A stretch of DNA of 63,774 nt, filler included, from Chiloscyllium plagiosum (taxonomy: Eukaryota), in NCBI RefSeq assembly GCF_004010195.1. It is 6 parts of 6 records of this genome, joined end to end, with 100 filler letters (N's around TTAATTAATTAA, not from the genome) between each part and the next. Parts side by side here need not be neighbours in the genome. Positions count along the whole stretch, not along the records: positions 38,381 to 39,895 come from NW_025159478.1; positions 39,996 to 63,774 come from NW_025214513.1; 4 more parts are not named here. One strand, written 5' to 3'. Below, in pieces: positions 38,730-50,305 of this stretch. A program made the translations under genes and the position numbers. Each line of letters opens with the position of its first letter. The stretch's first letter is position 1. The notes under the pieces were generated by a model. It was not told where the DNA came from and did no database searches. It saw nothing but the letters and a program-made list of their open reading frames with translations.

Positions 38730-38993
38730 CTGTGTGGAGTTTGCACATTCTCCCCGTGTCTGTGTGGGTTTCCTCCGGGTGCTCTGGTTTCCTCCCACAG
38801 TCCAAAGATGTGCAGGTCAGGTGAATTGGCCATGGGAAATTGCCCGTAATGTTAGGTGCATTAGTCAGGGGTAAATGTAGGGGAATGGGTCTGGGTGGGT
38901 TGCTCTTCGGAGGCAGGTTGGGCCGAAGGGCCTGTTTCCACACTGTTGGGCCGAAGGGCCTGTTTCCACACTGTAGGGAATCTAATCTAATCT
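38730..38993 (+). mobile_element. 5'-truncated HE1-type SINE with duplicated tail segment
   Basis: TGTGTGGAGTTTGCACATTCTCC core; GTTGGGCCGAAGGGCCTGTTTCCACACT twice; (AATCT)n tail. Confidence 0.88.
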
Positions 38994-39117
38994 CAACTGC
39001 ACAGATGGAACAGAAGAGTAGGAAACAGTTAATTCAGCGATTGTGTATTTAACTCAAAACTGGAAGACAAAAAACTTTATTACTTTTGTTGAATTATTAA
39101 ATGAAACTTTGAGATTT

Positions 39118-39470
39118 TTATTGACATGAATTAACAGTGTCCATCAGTTCAAGCGAAATGTTTACAAAACTCGGTTTACCGCTGGATTTATTGACTGTTC
39201 TGTTGATGATCTTCAACGGAATCACTTCATGTCCCAGCACACAGGAGTAAGAAGCACAGCTGGCCCAGTCTTCCGCTGTAATGGATAACAGGCTGGACAT
39301 GGAGAAGGAGGTGATGTCGCTCTCCGCTATTACCTCGGGGTTCTTGTAGTTACTGGGATTTACAGGCTCGCCATTGTTTGTCCACTTGACGAAGATCTCT
39401 CAGGGGGAGAAACCTCTCACTAAACAGGTGAGGGAGAGAACCCTTTCAGCAGAGATTTCTTCTGTTGGTG
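39118..39470 (-). pseudogene. IgM CH4 plus secretory tail, paralogous copy with in-frame stop and lost 5' end
   Basis: [28 protein letters not shown]...[23 protein letters not shown]. Confidence 0.9.
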
Positions 39471-39869
39471 ATTTCACTAAATATTAAAATATGCCATTTT
39501 TAATTTGGGATTTATTCATTTTCATGATCTAAAAGGAGCAGAATGGTATCCATGATGTTCAGTAAAAGATGTAAAAAGTTTAATTTGAAAGTCGCCTCCA
39601 TGTTTCCAGCCCACAACGAGGACATTCTGGCCATTTGTCATTGCTGATGGTGACTTCACAACCCAGGCTTCTACCCACCTTGTCTGACTTAACCAGAATA
39701 GAATATCCTTTGGTCTGTCTCTTTCTTAATCAGCTACTTAGCTATCCTGCCATCAGATGCATCATTAATGCTCCCAACGGTGTTTGCTCATTACCAATCA
39801 AAGCCTGCCATTGATGTAACTGGATCTGGATCATACATGGGATCCTTTGTGTTTTATTCTCATGCTCAC

Positions 39870-39895
39870 CTTTCTCCTTGTGGATGGAGTCTCTC
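39870..39895 (-). pseudogene. 3' end of an IgM CH3 exon, cut by the spacer
   Basis: RDSIHKEK|GTGAG; the intron resembles 52456-52860. Confidence 0.75.
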
Positions 39896-39995
39896 NNNNN
39901 NNNNNNNNNNNNNNNNNNNNNNNNNNNNNNNNNNNNNNNTTAATTAATTAANNNNNNNNNNNNNNNNNNNNNNNNNNNNNNNNNNNNNNNNNNNN

Positions 39996-41445
39996 GCAGC
40001 TCAAGCCTCACTAACCTTATTGGTTCTTTGAGGAGGTGACAAGACAGGTCGACGAAGGTCTAACAGTGCTTGTGCTGTACATTGACTTAAGCAAGGCATT
40101 TTATAAGGTTCCCCATGTTAACCTCAGTAATTTAGGCAGGAGATTGGGATACAGGGAGATTTGGCTGTCTGGATTCAAAATTGGTTGACTGACAGAAAGC
40201 AGAGAGTAGTTGTAGTTGTAAAGTATTCTGCCTGGAGGTCAGTGGTGAAGGTGTGCTCCAGGGCTCCGTTGTTTGGCCTAAGCTCTTTGTAGTTTTTGAC
40301 AAATGAATTGTATGAGGAGTTTTAGTGATTAGTTAGTAAATTTACCGATGACACTAAGGTTGGAGGTTCCATTGATAGTATCAAAGGCTTTTGCAAACTG
40401 CAGCTCGACATAGACAGGATGCAAAGCTGGGCTGTGAAATGGCTTATGGCATTCAACCTGGAAAAATGCGAAGTGATGCATTTTGGAAAGACGGACTTGA
40501 ATGCTGAATGCAGAATTAAAGGCAGGATTCTTGCCAGTTTGGAGGAACAAAGAAATCTTGGTGTTCAAATGCATAGATCCCTTAAAGTTGCCACCCGAGT
40601 GTATCGCATTGTTAAGAAAGTATATATTGTGCCGGTTATTAATGGGGGATCGAATTTAAGAACTGAGAGGTTTGCAACAGCTCTACAAGAGCCTCGTGAG
40701 ACCACACTTGTGACCAGTTCTGGTCGCCCTATTATGGGAAAGATATGGAGGCTTTCGAGAAGGTGCAAAGAAGGGCTACCAGGATGCTACCTGAACTGGA
40801 GGGCTTGTCTTACGAAGAGACATCGACTGAGCTCGGCGTTTTCTCTCTGGAGAGAAGGAGGAAGAGAGGGGACATGATCGACATATACAAGTTCATGAGA
40901 TTAAAAATCACACAACACGAGGTTATAGTCCAACAGTCTTATTTAGAAGCACAAGCTTCCGGAGCGCTGCTCCTTCATCAGGTGATTGTGGAGAAGGATC
41001 AGCGCTCAGAAAACTGGTGCTTCTAACTAAACATGCTGGACCATAACCTGGTGTTGTGTGATTTTTAACTATGTACACTCCAGTGCAATACTGGCATCTC
41101 CAAATAAAGGTAATGAAAGCCATGGATTGAGTCAATAGCCAGATACTTCCACCACCCTCCCCTCCCCCGCAGGATTGACTTGCACGAGGATATCAGGAGG
41201 AAGGTACAGAAGAAATGTCAGAGGTAGGCTCTTTACGCAGAGTTGTTAATGCATGGAATGCGTTGCCAGCGCTTTTGATGGGAGCAGAGTCATTAGGGGC
41301 ATTTAAGCGACTGCATTGCATGCTCATTTACGGCAGTGAATTGAGCGGTACGCAGGTTAGGTTATTTTATTTTAGATTTAGAATAATCCTCAACATAACA
41401 TCGTGGGCCGAAGGGCCTGTTGTGTGCCATACATTGCTATGTTTA
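39996..41445 (+). mobile_element. CR1-type LINE 3' portion interrupted by a Penelope-derived hairpin
   Basis: KFTDDTK, WLMAFNLEKCEVMHFG, EKVQRRATRMLPEL. Confidence 0.9.
40901..41105. mobile_element. Palindromic Penelope-terminus insertion
   Basis: TTAAAAATCACACAACAC...GTGTTGTGTGATTTTTAA inverted arms; same family as 59282-59410. Confidence 0.8.
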
Positions 41446-43315
41446 ATTGTTAGTCGCATGGAATATGACAGCTTGAATTGAAAGAATGGATTTACAAAAT
41501 GTAATTTTGTTTAATGGACTATTGAATATTTTGCAATTGGTAAACGAAGGACTAAATGAGTGCAACAGTGTTCATTTGTTGTTCCAAAATTTTTAATGGC
41601 TGTGCGCAACTCTTTTTCACACATTTGCTAACGAATGTGCTGTGTATTTGACGCTACTGGAATAAAAAAAAAACTCTGGGAGAACTCTTTCGCATGCCCT
41701 CAGTAGCACTGCTTCTTACTCAGTCGAAGCATTGATTTGATGGGATTCTACATTGCACCCTTGAGCGGCTTTCTAAACTTGGACTGAATTGATACATATA
41801 TTAAGTTGTTTATGCAGCAACTTAAATTGCACAGCATGAATCCAACCGTTTGCAATATGAATTCGAAAGTTTTGTAATCTCTTGTATTTGCTCCTCTAAT
41901 GTTATAGAAAAAGTAATATATATATCACGCACCTTCGACAAAAGAATGAAGCTGCCAGCTCTGCTGAAGAGCAAAATCTTAGATGTCCTCCTGCTCTCGA
42001 TTTCTGCGTCATTGTAATTATCTTTAGTGCTCTGACATCTCAGTCTCTCCCAGATGTGACGACTCACAAACATGTGTCGAAAGGTCAGCGGTTTCAGTAA
42101 AACAAAATTAAAACGAATGGGAGGAAATAATAAGATAACACCAAGCCAGGAACAGTATAACAGAACCATGACACATATTATATGACCTCACCAGCTTCCA
42201 GTATAAAGCAATGAGGCATGTTTTTTACAAACAGAGGTGAACACCAGTCGTTGCTTAAACCACGGCTGCTGTTCTCTCAGAGAAATATGTTCCACTCAGA
42301 TACTGACAACTAATGGCTCCAAACCAATCAATTGTTTAATTAACGGTGTATCAGATTGAACATCCTGTTGTTGCACAATGCAGGGCATGGGTAACTCTAC
42401 ACACAGCTGTAATGAGAAAGAAACATGATGGGATATAATAAGTGAACCGCCACATTATGTCTTCTGTGATAACAAGTAGTAGAAGTGCAATTGCCATAGC
42501 CAGTAACTAACGAGTGATACAAATCAAAAAGCCACATTTTCCATGTGACAGGATCAATATAGCCACTAAATCTGCGGTCATTGAAACAGAACAACAAAAG
42601 AAGGTATGTTAAATCATTCCACCTGACAATAGTTCAACATTCTTATTTGACTATGGTTGATCAGTATGTACACATTGAAAAATCTCCTAAGACAATCTCA
42701 GGAATTACAAATTAATGAAATAAAATAAAACATATTTCAAATTGTGATTTTGTTGTATGAAAGACCCAAATGTTTAAAGTTGACTGATCTGTCAAAGATG
42801 TCCGAGTCTGCCAGCAATGATTAAAAGTTATTAACCTGAGGATAGAATGGTCAAACTAGACAGAGACAGTGCACTGACATGAATGGGATTGTGAATGGGC
42901 AATCACATAACAACACCGAGTTCATGAAGAATTAAGTCACTCATATTCTGGAACATTCTAGATAGAACAAGGTATTAATTGAGTTTTAGGAGAATGTAGA
43001 ACGGAAATATCTAATTTCGCTATGTGATTGATCATTATAACGAGACGATATACGTTATACAATAATTGTAGTTTATTCGGAATTACTTTACCCTGATGGG
43101 TTATATCGAAACAATGCGAAAGAGGAGATCAGTTGTTGAATGGACTGAGAGTTGAGAAAAAGCATACCATAGTGAAATGTGTATGAAGTGCATGCGAATG
43201 TTGGGGAATTCTCTTCTGCAAGGAATGGTGACGAGTACCTTGTCATTTGCAATTTTCGTAAACAGTGAATTTGAAAAGCAGAAGCACATTTCACAACATA
43301 GACATATAACCTGAA

Positions 43316-43443
43316 GGAGAAAGTGATGACTGCAGATGCTGGAGATCAGAGCTAAAAATGTGTTGCTGGAAAAGCGCAGCAGGTCAGGCAGCATCCAAGG
43401 GAGCAGGAGAATCAACGTTTCGGACATGAGCCCTTCTTCAGGA
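43316..43443 (-). mobile_element. Penelope-like terminal fragment with canonical minimal hammerhead core
   Basis: Minus strand CTGAAGA-A-GGGC-TCAT-GTCC-GAAACGTT. Confidence 0.75.
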
Positions 43444-44159
43444 AAAATGACTCATTGCATTATGGGAAGACAAATCTGGTCACAACTGAAAGTGAATGAT
43501 AATGCAATGATTCATCTTACCGAACATAGTCGCCTGGTGATTCAGACAAAAAGATTCTTAGACTGTCAATGACAGGGCAATAGGTGGCTTTGTCGAACAC
43601 GGGGACCTGATGGGTGAGATACATAGATTCTTGAAAGAAGAAGGTGTTTGTAAAATTTGTCTTAATTGCACAGAGCATTGAGTATAAGGGCTGAGACTTT
43701 TTGTTGCAGCAGTTGCTGACATTGGAATGAACTTCCAGAGGAAGTGGTAAATGCAGATACAGTTACAATATTTCTAAGACATTTGGACAGGTACAGGAAC
43801 TGAATAGATCTCGATAAATATGGGCCAAACGCAGGCTAATGGAATTCGTTTAATTTGGGAACACTGGTTGGTATGGATAAACGGTGCTGAAGGATCTGTT
43901 TGTGTTGTACGATAATCTGACTTTTTGGTGCAGTAGGCTCAAAGTAGGAAGCTGGTGAGCTATTGGGAGATAGATTGTTAATGTGATAGAGTTTGAGCTG
44001 GTAGGCGGTGAGATGTTGGGTGGCTGCTGGCTAAGCATGCATACACCCAATCTGGCAGTGTGGCATCAAGAGAAATTTTAATGGTCACAAGGAAATAATT
44101 TGATCGGGTTGTGCTTGGTAGGAGAGAGGTACTATGAGCTGAAATGCAGGAAGTCTATC

Positions 44160-44705
44160 TGGTGCCAAGATGGTTAGTTGAGTGGTCAACAGGCTGCAGG
44201 GCTGGATGGTTGAGAGGTGGGTAGTGTGCGAGGCTGGTAAGTTGAAAAGTGAGGGCAGTCCGGAGCTGGTTGGGTTGAGGTGGACTGGCTGCTAGGCTGG
44301 TTTGTTGAGTTGTCAACAGGGTACCAAGCTGGTCAGTTAAGACAAGGGCAGGGTGTCAGGCTGGTTAGTTGAGAGTTCAATAGGGTATCAGTCTGGTTAG
44401 TTCAGTGCTGCTCAGATTGTCGGAGCGGTTAGTTGCGAATTTGGCAGAGTACCTGGGTGTTTAGTTGAGAAGTGGGCATTGTGCCTGGCTCATTAGTTGA
44501 GATGTTGGCAGGATGTCAGACTGGTTATTTGAGAAGTGGTTGGGTGTTTGGCTGGGGAGTTGAGTGGGAAGCAGGGTGCTGGGCTGGTTAGATGAGCGGT
44601 TTGCAGGGTGTCGGACTGATTAGTTGAGAGGTGAGCAGGGTGCCAGCCTGGTTATTTGAGAGGTAGGCAGGCTGTTGGCTTGGTTAGTTGAGAGGTGGAC
44701 AGTGT
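44160..44705 (+). repeat. ~32-bp G-rich tandem array ~1 kb upstream of CH1 copy B
   Basis: About 16 units, consensus ~CTGGTTAGTTGAGAGGTGGGCAGGGTGTCAGG. Confidence 0.88.
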
Positions 44706-45661
44706 GCAGGTGCAGGGTAGCAAGGGTGGAATTGAGTGAAAGGAATCGGGATTACATTCTCGTCCATAATATGGATTGTCTTGAATGTGTGTTATGTCTT
44801 GTGATGGGAATCCTGTCTTCCAAGGGTGAATGAGTGTGTCACAGTGTTGGGATTTTCAAAGTGAATGGAAATTGACGTCGAGACAGAAAGTCAGAGCAGT
44901 GATTAATCTGACAGATTAGAGTTTTGCAATAAATTGCGTGTCAGTTTGATAGTTATTGAAGTTAAAGAGTATATGTTCATTTCTCGAATCATATTTACCT
45001 AATGCTCAGTTCAGCTAGCTGTCACACTCCAAAGTCTCTGAACCTTTAATGGTCCTCTTTGTTTCCGAGGCCTCCAGAATTCAGATAATTGTCAAGTCGA
45101 TCAATGAGCTTCTAGGCAATTAGCATGATATCAGCTGCGACAGATATTTTCTCAGTCCCAGTGCTCTGCAACTGCCTTATTTCCAGAGAGCGGATTCCGG
45201 CTGACATTGATAAGCTGGGAAGGTACAATGGACTCGTAACGTTCACTCTGGTTTCTCTCCACAGATGCAGCCAGTTGTTGGGTTTCTCCAGCAACTTCGG
45301 TTTTCATTTCCAATTCCAACTTCCGCGTTTTCTTGGTTTGTATTTTGTGAAAACTCTATGCTCGTCACTTGCAATCCAATGAAAGTGTCAGTTGGTGAGA
45401 TTTTCAGCAGTTACTCTTCGTCAGATCAGTGTGTTCCTATTTCTAAATTATATAGTAATGGTCAAGGTAGAGGGCATGTTTCTGAAGAGGGAACCAATAG
45501 ATCATGATCAAAAACTGATTGGAAACTAAAATAAATTCAAGGTATACTAAAGATTTTAGCAGGAACACACCGGTGTCCATGTACAGCTGAGGAAACATTT
45601 GGGTAACCAATTAGGTCGAATTAACAGAAACTAACTTGCTCAATTGGTCATTCTATCCTTG

Positions 45662-45961
45662 AGACTGCAACTCCCCCCAAACTTTATGGACTTGTCTTCT
45701 CCTGTCAGCAACACAACACTGACGTTTCTGTGATCTTTGGTTGTTTGGCCATGGACTATAACACTGACGTTACCAAGGTGACCTGGAAAAAATGTGGGGG
45801 GCCAATCACGACTGTAGTGAAGACTTATCCATCCGTGAGGAACAACAATGGAACTTGCACTCTGAGCAGCCAGTTGACCCTGCCTGAGTCAGAGGCAGAT
45901 TGCAGCAAACTCTCCTGTGAGGTTCAACACAACGGGTCAAAGCAGAGCACTGGAATGCTAT
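45662..45961 (+). pseudogene. IgM CH1 exon, copy B (frame open, acceptor apparently mutated)
   Basis: [32 protein letters not shown]...SKLSCEVQHNGSKQSTGML|GTAAAT. Confidence 0.9.
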
Positions 45962-47298
45962 GTAAATCTTGTAGGAACTGAGGTGAACAGCACATCTGTG
46001 GTTAACATGAATAGGGCATTAGTTATAATACATTTGACATCGTCATAGGGGAGATAGAGTACAGGAAAAGTTCCTGAGGTCCATCCAGTCCACGCCTATC
46101 AATAACAGCCCCTTAACTATTCCAGTCCACTATATTCGTGAGTGATGCATTGCTTTGTGTGACTTGACATTTCTTATGTGCATCTGCATATTTCTCACAT
46201 GTTATGCGGTGCCGAGCCTCTTCAAGACTTACTCACACTGAGCTGCAGATTCACACACTCTCTGTGATTTTGGTTTCCCCAATATCCTCCTGTCCTTACC
46301 TTAACCCTGTGCACTTGAGACATTGCTCCATCCATTAAGGGGAAAGGATTTGTCCTGTTTACTCTGTGTATGTCTACCATAATTCTAGACATCACAATCA
46401 TCTCCTCTCTCATTCTTCTCTGCTCCAAGTAAAACCCCAGTTTGGTTAATGACATTCCATAACTTAAAAACTTCCAGCCCAGGAAAAGACCTGGAAAATG
46501 TCAATAATGCTGCCTTCTGTGTAATCACATTCCTTCCATAACATGCAGTCCTATAATCACACAATGCTTCATGTCTGGCCTAACCAGTGTTTTATTAATT
46601 TCCAGTATCATCTCCCAACACCTAATGTAAATGTCTTCGCTCATTAAAGCAAATACCCGACACACATTCTTAGTCTTTTTATCCACCTACCACATTACTA
46701 CAAAGGATCGATGGACATGCACACCAAAGATCCTCAGTCCTTTTCACGGTTCCGCCATTCAAAACATAATACCTCTTAGTTTCTTCTGACCAAGTGCATC
46801 ACCTTACACTTATCCAGAATGATTTCCATTTTCTATTTCTCACCACAAGTCGCCAACCCTTCTATACCTTGCTGCAATCTAAAGCTATCATTCTCACTAC
46901 TTACCAACACGGCAATTTTCGTTTCATCTGTGAACTTACTGGCCACATCTCGTGCATTGTATTCTAAATCGATTTTACATAATAGAAACATCAATAAATC
47001 AACACTGATCCCTGCAGAACACTACTAGATATTTACTTCCATCCACACAAACATTCTATGGCCATGACCCTCTGCACTCCGCCATTCAGCTAACTCAGGG
47101 TTCAATTCGTCAAATTAACTTGATCTCATCTGGCTCTGATCTTTACTATCATCTGGAATTCGACTTACTTCTTCGAAAACTAACATCAAATTGCTCAATG
47201 AAATCGTGCAGAGAATTGTTGATTAACCTTCCAGATGAAGGTTAATTCCCCTCTCCATAGTTACAATGTCTTCCCTACTACAGAGCTGAGCTTTAGCC

Positions 47299-48008
47299 GA
47301 GCCTGTGGTTTCATTGGTTTTCTCTTCATCTGTCCTGCATAACAATACCACATTGGCAGTTTTACCATATCCCCAGATGGCCAGGAATTAGAAATTATTG
47401 CCAGCCACCCGCTATTTCATTCTTTGCTTGGCATACATGTTACCTGCCCTGGAAATATTACTAGTTTTTCATCCAGCAACACAGCATCTATCCTAATTTC
47501 TGAAAAAAAAAATCATAACACTTCACAATGTTTTCTATGTCCACATATTCCCTCACACTGGTGAACATCAACAAGCTTCACCACTCCCACTCCATCTTCA
47601 TTTTTCCCTGTCTCACTTGAAGGCATCATATTTGGAATATTGAACTGCCACTCCCAGCCTGTGGTTTCATTGTTTTTCTCTTCGTCTGTCCTGCATAACA
47701 ATACCACATTGGCAGTTTTACCATATCCCCAGATGGCCAGGAATTAGAAATTATTGCCAGCCACCCAATATTTCATCCTTTGCTTGGCATACATGTTACC
47801 TGCCCTGGAAATATTACTAGTTTTTTATCCAGCAACACAGCATCTATCCTAATTTCTGAAAAAAAATCATAACACTTCACAATGTTTTCTATGTCCACAT
47901 ATTCCCTCACACTGGTGAACATCAACAATCTTCACCGCTCCCACTCCATCTTCATTTTTCCCTGTCTCACTTGAAGGCATTATATTTGGAATATTGAACT
48001 GCCACTCC
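47299..48008. repeat. ~357-bp direct tandem duplication
   Basis: AGCCTGTGGTTTCATTG...TTGAACTGCCACTCC twice. Confidence 0.9.
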
Positions 48009-48392
48009 TGCCCCTCTCTCAGCATGTCTCCATGATATCAATTGCACACTTCCTCCTTTATGCCGTTAACTCATCAGCATTGTTTATCATACTCCTTTCA
48101 TTAAAATGAATACCATCCAAACTTGCTATCTCTCCCTCTGATTTAACTGGCCTATCATTTTTGTACGTTCTTGACCTCCTTGCTCTGACCTCTAATTTTA
48201 GCATTACATTGTCATTATCACAACGCCCGTCTAATTGTACTGTGTTGATCTCAGCTTCTATAGCACTCTGGACAATTATGATGTTTGTAATATCAAGGTT
48301 CGTATCCATTAACCACAATAAGCTTTGTTGCATAAGAACTGAATGTATTTTTTTATCAAATTTGTCAGATAATTTATACGATGTTTTTCATA

Positions 48393-48452
48393 AAGGTCCA
48401 CTTCTCCAACAACTCTTCTTCTGATCGTGAGTCCCAGTGAAGAAATCGCAAC
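48393..48452 (+). pseudogene. IgM CH2 5' fragment (PTTLLLIVSPSEEIA)
   Basis: Resembles the shark Cmu2 start (PTVLLTVSSSEEI); ends at the LINE tail. Confidence 0.7.
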
Positions 48453-50135
48453 ATAGAATATAGAACATAGAACAATACAGCACAGAACAGGCCTTTCGTC
48501 CAATGATGTTGTGCCGAACATTTGTCCAAGCTTAAGCACCTATCCATGTTCCTATCCAATTGCCGCTTAAAGGTCACCAATGATTCTGACTCTGCCACTC
48601 CCACAGGCAGTGCATTCCATGCCTCCTCCAGTCTCTGGGTAAAGAACCTACCCCTGACATCCCCAGTTTATCTTCCACCCTTCACCTTTATTTTTTTGTC
48701 CCCTTGTAACACTCTGTTGTACCCGCGGGAAAAAGTCTCTGACTGTCTAACTATTCCCCGAATCATCTTATAAACCTCTATCAAGTCACCCCTCATCCTT
48801 CGCCATTCCAATGAGATAAGGCCTAGCACTCTCAACCTATCCTCATACGACCTATTCTCTATTCCAGGCAACATCCTGGTAAATCTCCTCTGTACCCTCT
48901 CCAAAGCTTCCCCATCTTTCCTAAAATGAGACGATCAGAACTGCACACAGTACTCCAAATGTGGCCTTACCAAGGTCCTGTGCAGCTGCAACATCACCTC
49001 ACGACTCTTGAATTCAAACCCTCTGCTAATGTACGTAAATACGCCATAGGCCTTCTTACAAGTTCTATCCACCTGAGTGGAAACTTTCAAATAGCTATGA
49101 ACATAGACCCAAGATCCCTCTGCTCCTCCAACTTACTAAGAATCCTATCGTTAACCCTGTATTCCGCATTTTTATTTGTCCTTCCAAAATGGACAACCTT
49201 ACAATGGAAAGGGTTGAACTCCATCTGCCACTCCTCAGTGCAGCTCTGCATCATATCTAAGTCCCTTTGCAGCCGACAAAGCCCTCCTCACTGTCCACAA
49301 CTCCACCAATCTTCGTATCGTCTGCAAATTTACTGATCCACCCTTCGACTCCCTCTTCCAAGTCATTAATAAACATTACAAACAGCAGCTCCTGACTTTC
49401 CGCATAAGCCTACCATGGGGAACCTGATCAAATGCCTTATTAAAATCCATGTACACTACATCCACTGTTCTACCCTCATCCACATGTTTGGTCACCTCCT
49501 CAAAGAATTCAATAAGACTTGTACGGCAAGACCTACCCCTCACATATCCGCGCTGGCTGTCCCTAATCAAGTTGTGTCTTTCCAGATACTCATAAATCCT
49601 ATCCATCAGTACCCTTTCCATTACTTTGCCGATCACCGAAGTAAGACTAACTGGCCTGTAATTCCCGGGGTTATCCCTATTCCCTTTTTTGAACAGGGGC
49701 ACAATATTCGCCACTCTCCAGTCCCCTGGTACCACCCCGTTGACAGTGAAGGCGAAAAGATCATTGCCAACGGCTCTGCAATTTCTCTCTTGCTTCTCAC
49801 ATAATCCTAGGTTATATCCCGCCAATCCCGGGGGGGACTTGTCTATCCTCAGGTTTTTCAAAATGCCCAACACATCTTCCTTCCTGACAAGTATCTCCTC
49901 GAGCTTACCAGTCTGTTTCATACTCTCCTCTTCAACAATACGGTCACTCTCATTTATAAATACTAAAGTAAAGTACTCATTCAAGACCTCTCCGATCTCT
50001 TCCGACTCAATACACAGTGCCCCACTACTGTCCTTGATCGAACCTACCCTCGTTCTCGTCATTCTCATGTTTCTCACATACGCATAAAAGGCCTTGGGGT
50101 TATCCTTGATCCTACTCGCCAAAGATTTTTCAGGC
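48452..50135 (-). mobile_element. 1.7-kb 5'-truncated CR1-type LINE inserted in CH2
   Basis: DWRVANIVPLFKKG..PGNYRPVSLTS..VDVVYMDFNKAFD ORF; (TTCTA)n-type tail. Confidence 0.93.
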
Positions 50136-50136
50136 C

Positions 50137-50305
50137 CTCTCTTAGTTCTGGTGTCTTCACATCTCCCGTGTGTGAGGTGAATGGGAATTTCTCGGCAATG
50201 AATCGGCTGACCGCTGTTATGGTGAATGGTTCAACAGCGCAGTGTTTAACTGCCAGGTCACTCATGGAAAGAACACTCAAAGTCAAAACATCACCACACC
50301 CCAGG
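50137..50305 (+). pseudogene. IgM CH2 3' fragment with frameshift
   Basis: SGVFTSPVCEVNGNFSAMNRLT / GEWFNSAVFNCQVTHGKNTQSQNITTPQ|GTAAG. Confidence 0.85.
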
